The notes beneath the pieces are model-generated. The model searched no databases, was not told where the DNA came from, and saw nothing but the letters and a program-made list of their open reading frames with translations. The position numbers were made by a program, and so were the translations under genes. This document shows positions 41,891 to 53,320 of a stretch of 64,000 nucleotides of DNA, one piece after another. The first letter of the stretch is position 1; each line of letters begins with the position of its first letter. Origin of the DNA: Ostrea edulis (lineage: Eukaryota); assembly GCF_947568905.1 (NCBI RefSeq), contig NC_079172.1, positions 9,548,001 through 9,612,000 of the forward strand, written 5' to 3'.

Positions 41891-43515
41891 TAAGTATGTA
41901 TTCTTTATGGGATTTCTCTATAATGTTCTTGAGATTAAATGGTTTTCCTTAAAGTACAGTAGGTATTAAAATGGAGTAAGAGCGACAGCTTGGAAAGGCG
42001 AATATTAAATACTACCATCCCCAATCACGGATGTTCATCTTTTGTAAATTTATGATTAGCTTAGATGCTGCAACACAAGGTACATTGTATGATTAATATT
42101 ACTACAATCTCGATATTATTAAATAAATTAGAATTGGCCACAGAATGAATCATGGACAGTATTCATATTTTGTTTAACGTGTGGTACAGTTACTTGAAGG
42201 GGCGGGGAAATCTACCAGGCCCCGAAGCGGACAAATATTTTTTTTCAATACAGACGATGAGGAGTCCATGTCTGTGGAGATGAGACGGACAAACAAGATA
42301 ACAGTTGTCAAGCAGAGGGCAGGATTATACAAATTTAAAGTACATGTATAAATTTCATTTAAAAATGAAATTTGGCCGGTTAACGGTTTTGAAATAAAAA
42401 AGAAGCAATTGATAATGATTTTTATTTTCATTAAGTAGTGACCGTTGTCCAACGATTAGTTTCGTAAAATTGATTTTGTTGTTTTCGTCCTCGGTGCCCT
42501 TTCTTATTTCAACAACCAATGACCATATTCTTGATGAAACACATGTGCAAAGTCGGCTTGTTATGAAAGGCTTACAACTGGCCACAAATCAGAAAACGCA
42601 TAAAAACCTATTCTGTTCAGACAACAGAAAGCACCAAGCACTCGATGTCAGACATTTTACTGTACGTTCTGGTGTTGTGGCATCTAACTGCAAAGCATTG
42701 GTCCCCAGGTCTCATTGCCAATATCAGTATCACCAAAGCCTCGCAAGCATTAGTTTCACAACCATCATCCCAGATTACATTGCCTTTATTAGTATTACCA
42801 GAGCCTTGTGTTGCTATTTCGGCTGCCTCAATTGGTAAGCACCTTTACCATATTGCCAAACTGCCGTAACGATGCTTCATTAATAACCACTCCAAATGTC
42901 GTTGTTGGTTTTCCATTAGCAACTACACGTTCTCGATCCTCAACACTATATATTGATGCGAAAGTCCTAAATGATACTAACAACCGTGTGCCAAACGTAC
43001 ATGTACATCTGTTCAAATGTAGCAATTGCTATGAACAAACCTGTTGCGTTTAATGAAATTATATCACAAGTATGAACTTCCATGAGATCATAAACTATTT
43101 GCAATGAAAATATTTCCATTTCCAATGTTTTCGTCGATATCTTTACCAAATGAAATGATTACCATTTCCTCATGCATGTGAACGAAGTACGTATAATCTT
43201 GATAAATATGGTACGACTATTTCAACAGCTGGGAATTACGACAGAAATGAAAAGTAAAATGTAAATATAAAAAATAATTTTCATTTTTGAAAATATACGA
43301 GGGCATGAACAGCAATGCTTCACGCCAGCATACTTGTCATGGAGTGCCATCGTATTTAAGATGTAACTTTCATAAGAAATTATATCACATGCATGAGATT
43401 AACTACTTATTATATCATACACACATGATAAGGGAATTTAATGAGATGCCATGTGCAGAACTCCCTTATAGAATTTTCCGTTCATATTGAGGCGTCACCA
43501 GCTGTAGTTGAAGTG

Positions 43516-43998
43516 TATATACAGGGCGACCTGAGGTGTCTTTAGACCTATATATACAGGGCGACCTGAGGTGTCTTTAGACCTATATATACAGGGCAGC
43601 CTGAGGTGTCTTTAGACCTATATATACAGGGCAGCCTGAGGTGTCTTTAGACCTATATATACAGGGCGACCTGAGGTGTCTTTAGACCTATATATACAGG
43701 GCAGCCTGAGGTGTCTTTAGACCTATATATACAGGGCAGCCTGAGGTGTCTTTAGACCTATATATACAGGGCGACCTGAGGTGTCTTTAGACCTATATAT
43801 ACAGGGCAGCCTGAGGTGTCTTTAGACCTATATATACAGGGCAGCCTGAGGTGTCTTTAGACCTATATATACAGGGCGACCTGAGGTGTCTTTAGACCTA
43901 TATATACAGGGCAGCCTGAGGTGTCTTTAGACCTATATATACAGGGCAGCCTGAGGTGTCTTTAGACCTATATATACAGGGCAGCCTGAGGTGTCTTT
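43516..43998. repeat. Minisatellite, 35-bp unit, 14 copies, two variants
   Basis: Unit tatatacagggc(ga/ag)cctgaggtgtctttagaccta. Confidence 0.95.
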
Positions 43999-46289
43999 GT
44001 CTACCATCGCCCATGGGGACACTGTGTGCAACAGTTCACCATCCCTCCTCATTTGATGGTTAGAGTCAACATTCTGTCGATGAGCTGAGGTCACTTAATT
44101 CGCTGAAGGAAAATGACCTTTAACCTATTGACAAAAGTCCACAGCTAGTATGTAGTTGTCGTATTCTTATGAAGGACAGAGAGTTAAGGAAGTAGGCTCC
44201 TCAGCTTTAGAACACAGCCATGCAGTGTACTACAACTGTGTAGGTACTTACATGTATTCATTTGTCCGGACATATAATATATTTATTACTTAAACTTGTT
44301 CACTTAAAATTTTGCATGTTTATTCACATTTTGAAAGGGTTTAGAAGGGCTTATATTTTGTGGAGGAAGGATCGTTTAATTATATACTGTAAATACACGG
44401 CGGGTGTGACCGGTCGATATGGGATGCTTACTCCTCCTAGGCACCTGATCCCACCTCTGGTGTGTCCAGGGGTCCGTGTTTGCCCAACTATTTTGTATTT
44501 CTTATAGGAGTTATGAGATTGATCACTGTTCGTTATCTTCACCTTTCATTTCCCCATTTTGTATAAATATTGAGTATTTTGGTCAATGATTAAAAATAAA
44601 AATTTAACTATTATATCCCCCTTCCCACTTTTAAAAGTTTCATCGCAGATTTTAAGACAAGACTTTGTACATTATGTTAAATTCAATTTTAAAAGCTAAC
44701 AATACTCCTATTGTGTTCTTTTAAAATCTCAAATATTATTTAATTAAAGGCTGTTTCCATATTTCGAATACAAGTACATTATACAAGTAATCTTCAATTT
44801 TCATGTATATCATTATATGGATTTAAATAGATGGGAAACTATACATTTTTATGGCGTAAAAGTGGATCCAGAATATCATATTGTGATGCTCAGTTAAAAT
44901 TTGAATACAAAAATAATCAATATTTGTAAATGAATAGGGAACATAGATGGATAGAAGGATATGGAAAGAGAGAGCGACGGGGACGGCTTTTGTTGAGGAT
45001 GCGGAACAAAATCCTTTTGAAGGTGATGAATTTAACACACAACAAGCTTAGAATCATCCCTTCCCGTTGGTAACCGTCTAATTGTATTTTACAGCCCCTC
45101 TATCTCAGAAAATCAAGATCGATTATTCGCTGTACTCTTGTAGGAATATATAGATCAGTAATGATCTGTAATATTTTATGACTACAAAACGGAGCGCTGA
45201 GCGGGGAGATAGAGGGAGAAGTCGTTAATTGTCCAGTGTTAGCGGAACATTCGGAATGTGGCAAACTCTATTTAAGATAATTTGGGAGAATGAGAAAATG
45301 TTTTTCTCAACTGCAGCAAAATAACAAACCATGAGTACGGCATTTCTGGTAATTAAGTTTCAAATCTTTCCATTATTAATAGGATACATATCAATATGTT
45401 GTGTTATTGTCATGTCTCGGTATACACACCAGATTGGTGTCCTCCTTTTCCAGTAAGACAATATGAAAGTATTGAACTATTCCCTCCCTTGTCATACGGC
45501 CCATTCACTTTTTATTAAACATTCATTCAATGATATGGAATCACGCATCGACGAATGGCGTTATTTCAATCCCAGCGCAATTTTCGATGCCACCAATAAA
45601 GCAAAACTTCCTGGAAGTTGACCTTTTTCATTGTATTTGTGACAGCTCTTTCTCAGTGGGAGCCATCCATTTATGACACTGCAATGTTGAATTATTTTAG
45701 CACGTAAGAAGTTACATTTACACGTTATTTTCTCTTGCTATTGTTTAAAAGGTATTGCACGTTTCAAACAAAAAGGCTATCTAAATGTAACACCATAAGC
45801 TCTTTCATTTTAAGACAATGACCATTGAAGTCCAAAGTGCGTGTAATAATTTCGATTCCACAGATGGTGAATATAAAGAATACAACTTAGTGGTGTTATT
45901 CATAGGCACTATGTGTGCTCTGATTACCGACGAAGTGTCAGATCAAATGTGTGAAAAAGCCGAAATGTCTTCCATCAATTATATATCTACATCCATGCTT
46001 TAAGCACTTCTATTGATTTCTTCACTCTGTATGGATAAAAAACGTCCGAAGTAAGCATTTAACAACTGGAACACATTCATCTTGTTTTGGCCTGCTGTGT
46101 GGGCTGCCTAACGAACTTATAGCCCGACATGATAATATCAAGCTGATACTGATCCTCTTATATGCAGTCCTTTGGAATAAATATGGTTTTCCTTTATTTG
46201 TATGTTATTTGATGTCCCATTCTAACTTTTTTTTGATCATGTAGAGATGTTAGCAGCTTCAGATGAAGTGCCACAAATTTTTACCCATG

Positions 46290-46517
46290 CATGGTGCTCA
46301 AGGCCGTAGCAGTTAGGGTTATTAATCGTGCTGACGCCTACTGAGACACAGAATCTCCTGGGTTCTATATCATATCTAGAAAATCCGTGACTTTCACTTG
46401 TGTCGAACGCCCGGATCAGTGACGACCTATGATAAGCTATTGACGCGGCGCCGGGATCGCGAATCGATCCCAGGACCTCATAGTAGGTAAGGGAGCTCCG
46501 TAACCACTAGGCTACAT
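46290..46517 (-). mobile_element. Degraded tRNA-headed SINE
   Basis: The minus strand begins gtagcctagtggttacgg...gggatcgattc (A-box- and B-box-like). Related degraded copies lie at about 36650-36916 and 60400-60618. Confidence 0.45.
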
Positions 46518-46613
46518 AACTCGATTCCGTCCTTTGCAAACATAACTTGTGAAAGATTGCCTTCTTGAAATATTGGATCATAAGCGATTATAAACTATTT
46601 CCTTTTGACTTAC

Positions 46614-47037
46614 CTTTATTAGGAACATAAATATTCTGAAACAGACAATCCTCGTGCTGTTGTAGGGATTCTTTGGAGATCGACAAAAGTTTAGATACAA
46701 TTCTTGCTGAATAATGTCTATACATATCACTGACATTATAGACCACTTGCGGACACACGCCATCTTTTGTAGAAGCGTCTCGGACGTTTTGCCATTTGTA
46801 GGTTAAACTAGACGGTGGTATAAAACGAATGTTTCCCTGACGCAGGGATGCGTACCTTATGCCGTAAAAGACCTCAATGTTGTCCAACTGTGCTCCTGCA
46901 GGAAATTCAACAGCAAGTCCCCGATATCCCCCTTTCCTCGTGACAACAACTCGTTGTCCATGCTCACGAATGAGTACTCCTGCGTCGAATATGCAAATAC
47001 AGGCACATAGAATAAGAATTTCCTTAATAGGACACAT
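46614..47037 (-). CDS. First coding exon A of a neuroligin-like / type-B carboxylesterase-family gene (signal peptide + N-terminal part of the alpha/beta-hydrolase domain)
   Basis: ATG at 47037. Hydrophobic leader MCPIKEILILCACICIFDAG, then family motifs GxYRG, EVFYGIRYA, RFIPP, KWQNVRDA, VCPQ and EDCLFQNIYVP. Canonical phase-1 donor AAAG|GTAAGT at 46614/46613. Candidate upstream acceptor tttctttctttggtgcag ending at 47143. The catalytic-serine region is not in the window, so neuroligin versus active esterase cannot be decided. Confidence 0.88.
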
Positions 47038-50000
47038 TGTTTTCCAGTGACAGTATTATATACTGTAGGAATAGCACATTGCAAACATGTAGACCATGTT
47101 TTCAAACTCATCTGCTGTCACGTCGGCCTATAATTTGCGAAACTGCACCAAAGAAAGAAATGTGTTGAATAATGCTTTGGTGTTAATCATTCCGGGAAAC
47201 CATATGTCTCAGGGGATTATTAAACTAAAAGAAAACTAGTCAGAAGCGATCTCTTCCGCTGTTTAGTTCATGCAGCATTTTCTGGCAAAATTGAGAGCGA
47301 CAAATCACCGAACGACGTGTTAAATTCCGATAATCTCTCATCAAACAACGAAATCTTAAGAAAACACCTGCTCCTTCAATGTAGATATCAATATGTTTCT
47401 ACAATACGTTTGCAAACTTCCTTCGTTCTATCTATATCCTGCGCCCTATGCTAAAAGACATAATGATTATTTACGATGAAAACGAAGTCGGGTGATGTAT
47501 ACGGTGGTACACTACAAAGAAATGTGTATTACATATCATGTCGAATGCAGCTTTTCTTTCATTGTCCACAAAAGACTTGCACCAATGTCGATCGATTCCA
47601 AGTTGACAATTAGTACCCGCGAAAAAAAGGAAAAATTATGGTATCCATTAGCGGAACGCCCAGCTGTGACGTATGGCTCTGACCACATCTATTCCTGTAT
47701 TAATCCAATGTTTCTTTACCAATATAGATAATATTCCATGTCCTTAAGACGGAAAAATAATATAAACACATAGCAAGATTTATAAGACAGAATAGTTTTA
47801 CAGTCTGAAAATTCCATTGGGAAATAAGGAAACTTTGCAGGACCACTCAAAATAATTATTGTATAATTGTGCGATGCACAGCACTTGTGAATATCGCGTA
47901 TCCACGGCTTGTACGTTGGTAATCGAATTTCTGAAACGATGTTCAATTCTTAGAGTTCGGATTCAATAAAAACAGTAACAGATGATTGAATTTTCGCAGT
48001 TCCCTTTACATCTGAAACAACTCTTTTTAATATAACTCTTAAACGTCACGATTCGTTCAGTCTATTCTAATGTATATCCTGCTGAAATCACTTTTCAGCA
48101 AAGGTAATTGTGAGCGCCGCAATTCAATATGTGTCCAGCATAGCTAAGAGGCTCAATAGATCACTGATGACCAAAACGAAGAAATAGAGGGCTTTGTCCC
48201 GAATTTGTTGCCGGTCTTCTGTATGCTTAGATAGGCTATTACCATGCTAAAAAGCTACTCGATATAACGAAAGCCTCCCCCGGCGTCGATGCTTTGGAGA
48301 AATAACCTCAGTAATGATACGTTTTGCCTCCTTCTTTATTAGGCAGTCTTCCCATCGAATCAGTTGGCTACTGTAACCTTTGTATCCGATGACTATAAAA
48401 TTATACTTTCCATCGAAATAGAAGAAGATCTAAAGTATGTATATAACGTTTTTCTGAGCAATGTCTTTTTCCAAGTAATATAGGACCTCGTCCCAATGGC
48501 GACTGACTGCGAGCATGATTTGATTGCTGCCTCGGAAACTTCCAACATACTATTATTTCATTTTTAAGAGTGTGAAAGCGGAGTAATGTCATCTTAATTA
48601 CGAGTTACAAAATGAGATAATGAGCGGTAGTGAGGAATTCTATTTCCGACTAAATGGTAGTTTTATTTCGTTATAGACGTTAGAAGGGAAGAACTGGATT
48701 CCGGTGACTCTCCATTATCCGTTATATATTTTGAAATTTCGTCACGTCCGCGGACTATTTCAGACTGCAAGATACGATTTGTCATGTGATCTCATATGAT
48801 CATTAATTTCCCCTATCGACTTCAAGCTATTTTAAGAAACAAAGGATGTGTCTACACATTCCGCAATTAGAAGCTCCTCGTGATTTAGAAAGGGTACTGG
48901 TTGTATCTGCATGAGATATTATATTTTTCAAGACATATTGAGAAACTAGTGTTCACCATACAATAATGCTAACTAATGCTGCACGTAAGGTTTTGAGGAG
49001 GCATGATTGGTTATTATCCCGTTTATTAGACGAAATCCAACTCTTTTCTTTAATGTACATGTAAATGTGTAAATGAATCGGATGAGGGAATCCGTGTATT
49101 TTATATTTTCAAGCAAATCAACTTCAAAAATATTTACAACAAGTTTGTTTTCCTTTTAAAAAGACTGGAATACGGTACGTGGACCGTAGGCATGTGTTTC
49201 TCACAGAAATATTCTAGGATGAAATAAAAACATTTGTTTTATATCTTGCGACATATAAATATTTCATTATAAATCTAATCGCTAGAATTGTAATGAAATG
49301 ATATGAAATAGTTGTAGCTTTGACCTTTGACCTCAGAATTAAGATTTGATCTGGTCCCTAAAGGTGAATTTCAACAGAGGGATACAATCTGGTCTAGATA
49401 ATAATGTTCGAGTTGCACACCATAACTCAGCAATATAAACTTGGTAGCTATATGAGAACAAAATAGCGATGCTCACAAGCTTCAATGTGGATTGTCATTT
49501 CTAAATCTCGGTGCAACTTTACAAATAATGGCCATGTAATTGCTGCGTTGTGCACGTCCTAATAATGAGCAACACATGGAGAAAACGTACACAAACTTTA
49601 ACAATCCTAGCGCTAGCCTTATTTGTGCATTCGATAATTTGATAATTCCTACAGGAACAACTGTAGGTGAAGCGCCACAAATTTTGACCTGTTCATAGCG
49701 CCCAAGCCTTAGTTTCAAAGGTTTTCTTTTATTGTTTCAACGCCTACCGTGGCACGGGACATTCGTTTAAGACCCATGACTTTCCCGTCTGATACTTTGC
49801 AAACGACCACTTACTACCCATGATAAACGTCCATAGTGTGACACGAAATCTAGAATTAAGCCCGGGGCTCCCCGTTTGCGAAGCGAATGGCTGAGCAGGT
49901 AGGACACTGTCATTGGTCCTTCAACATTGAAATGCGACATGAAGCAGCTTAATAAAAATATCAGGATTTCACATGCTGGATAGATGCCATAGCACATGTA

Positions 50001-51341
50001 TACACCACACTTATATGCAATGCGTATGGCAACCCTCGTTTGAATTAAGAGAAATGAAAGCCCCATGGGCCACAATGCTCAACAACAGCGCTGATAATTG
50101 CTTGGGAAATCCTCACTTATTGTGCTCTCTATACATGCTTGATTTATTGAATAGTATCAGCAATCTATTGCTTTTTAAATGTTCATGTACAAATGTCTAC
50201 CAAAATTGGAAGTTTCATGATGCCAGGGATAGGGATTTGGTATAAGTGTGGAGCCAAAAGAGTCAATTCTTTTCGATATGAAGCATCTTTGGGACAAAAG
50301 TTGTAAATTTCAGGCAATGGATTCAGGACTTCATTGTGTTGTGCGCCCCCTTGTGTTCAGGAGGAAATAACCCGTGCTGCACAGTTTAAAAAATGTATTC
50401 CCATCGACATGTGGGCTTTGTTGTTGTTTTTTGGGGTTTTTTTTTTAAAGATTATATTCATAGATTTGAAAAATTTTAACAATGATGTTTTCAATTTTCA
50501 TATATAGTTGTTTATTTTTTTTTTTTTTTTTTTTTTTTAGAAAAAACCAGTTCGTCTATCTGAGTCTTCTAGGCATGTTAAATTAAATATTTATATCATC
50601 ACCAAATCACAGCGAAATTTGGACTCTAGAATCCCTTATTTGAAAACAAAACACCTTTTTTATTATTCCGGGAAAAATCACCAAAAAATCATATAAAATG
50701 ATTGAGAGCTTGTATCACTCTTTCGATGGTGAAATCATAGTTTGAACGAGCCATTAAATAAAAGTTTGGTATAATGAGCTACATTAAAGACGTATTATGG
50801 TTTATTAGAAGAAAAATCTAGTCATCTACATGTACATTGTACTACATTTTCGAATCATAATCGTACAACGCCTACAACACATTTTTACATACAAGGAGTA
50901 CAGTGACTTTGCCATTAATAATATCTACAACATTAATCATCACAATCGATGATTTTCTACAGCGTTACATAATGGTGTCGGGTGGCTTGTACCGGTTGCG
51001 GTGTTTCAGTACGTGGTTAGAGCGTTCGCTTGTGACAGGCAGGGTGTATAGTTTGTTCCATGCTCGTGCCTTGACATGCCTATCAAAATATATTTGTGTA
51101 TCATACATGTATATGCCCCCTTCCCCAAATTTACACGCTGAATGATTAAATCAGCATGGTGATAACCCGTCGTAATTAGTTTATTACCGGTACTTTAACA
51201 ATACACAAAATGGGGGAGACACATAAAACCTATATTGCCAGGTAGTGAGATCTTGACAACACTGATCGGCTGGGAAATAGAAGATCCTGTGCATATTGAT
51301 AACTGAAAGGTAGAGCGTTCTCAAGTCGTATAATACCTGCT

Positions 51342-51635
51342 TGACCTGACAGTGGTCTTACCCTTGGACATACTGACCTGATAGTGGCCTTAGCCCTGGA
51401 CATACTGACCTGGTAGTGGTCTTAGCCCTCGACATACTGACCTGATAGTGGTCTTACCCTTGGACATACTGACCTATATTGGTCTTACCGTTGGACATAC
51501 TGACCTGGTAGTGGTCTTACCCTTAGACATACTGACCTAATATTGGTCTTACCCTTGGACATACTGACCTGATAGTGGTCTTACCCTTGGACATACTGAC
51601 CTGATAGTGGTCTTACCCTTGGACATACTGACCTG
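51342..51635. repeat. Minisatellite, ~32-bp unit, ~9 copies
   Basis: Unit ctgacctgatagtggtcttacccttggacata with scattered substitutions. Confidence 0.9.
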
Positions 51636-52140
51636 CTCAGGATCATGAGGACGTTGGTATGTATTAACCTACCAAGTAATTAAGTCTGCAAGGTAAATTG
51701 TTCTTACCGTTGGAAAAGGTAAAACATCAGTCTACCATGTAAATGTATGTAGCTTAATGTTCTCCACATATCAGTCCCATGACATGTAGGATAGCGACTG
51801 ACAGGTGCAAAACTAATTATCGAAAGGGGCATAAATACTGTAGGTAGTGATTGCTCTTTCGCCAAACGCTCAACATTTAAAATGAGAGTCACGGATCTCT
51901 TGGGTGAGATCTTAAAAATCCGCGGTCCAATGTAACTACAGGCGTGTGTATGATTACGAACACTCACAGTTATGGTCGTAAGTACCATGCATACATGTAG
52001 GTCTAAATTTGTGGCATTTCTTCTACAGTTGTAGGTGCCTCGATATTAGTGCAGGCTGTAAAACAAATAAGTAAACAATGACCAAGTTTCCTGTGGACGA
52101 TTGTACATGTATGTGACTCTTTGAATCCCAATTCTCGTAC

Positions 52141-53132
52141 CATGAAAGGTGAAGGTAACGAACAGTGATCAATCTCATAACTCATATAAGCAATAAAAAT
52201 AGAGAGTTGGGCACACACGGACCCCTGGACACACCAGAGGTGGGATCAGGTGCCTAGGAGGAATAAGCATCCCCTGTCGACCAGTCATACATCATTTCAG
52301 CCTACTTGAATGTGCGTGAGGATGTTCATAGATGAAATACCTGATGCTGGAGAATGCGATAAACATGTGAAAATTTAGGGACGGAAGATGCACAAACAAA
52401 CGACGAATGTACTGCGATCAGACTAACTAAACATTTCAAGAATCATTAAACATTTATTTGTAAACTTTTACATGAAAGGTGAAGATAACGAACAGTGATC
52501 AATGCAAGGTAAAGAGAACAGTGATCAATCTCATACATGTAACTCCTACAAGCAATACAATATAGAGAGTTAGGCACACACGGACCCCTGGACACACCAG
52601 AGGTGGGATCAGGTGCCTAGGAGGAGTAAGCATCCACTGTCGACCACTGTCACACCCGCCATGAGCACTATATCTTGATCAGGTAAACGGAGTTATCCGC
52701 AGTCAAACTCAGTGTGCCAAGAACAGCTTAACAATCAGTATGAAACACGTCAGACAGCATTTGACCCAGTGATAGGTTGTATTGACGAACTAGATCGTTA
52801 AAACGACCATAGAATTTGCGAAATGTTGACTTCAATCGAGACTGTTGAAATCCCTGTACCATCAACCTGTTTATCAGTAGCTTACCTCGATTTAAAAATT
52901 GACTATACTCAGAACAAGCTCTTGCATATCGAATCAGTTGAGATATATAAACACCATATGTAGGTGATAATGGAATCGAGATTATTGACACCCTTGAAAC
53001 ATCAACTTGTTTGTCAGTAGCCTGCCTCGATCTAAAAACTGATCATACGCAGAATAAGCTCTTGCGTATCGAATCAGTAGAGATATATAAACACCATATG
53101 TAGGTGATAATGGAATATCGCTACATAAACAC
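52141..53132 (-). mobile_element. Three partly overlapping Penelope-like fragments in tandem
   Basis: 3' modules at 52141 and 52471. The ORF at 52728-52991 gives SPTYGVYISQLIRYARACSEY...QMLSDVFHTDC, and the RT tail is re-duplicated at ~52990-53132. Confidence 0.7.
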
Positions 53133-53320
53133 GGGAGCGTTTTCCGATCTCAACGAAATTTGGTGTGTAGGAGTAATGAGGAACCGGCTCCGGTTATCTT
53201 TTCATTAGGGGGCGTCACAGACAAACTCGGCCCTGAATCGGAATACCCTCGCGCTTTATCTGTAGTTACCGATCGAAAAAAAACGTAAACAATCTGCTGT
53301 TAAACACATCCTTTTGAAAC

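Noticed and set aside
37730-51635. CRISPR-like appearance of the 41-, 35- and 32-bp repeat arrays
   Set aside because: Units are head-to-tail with no unique spacers, there are no cas genes, and the context is eukaryotic.
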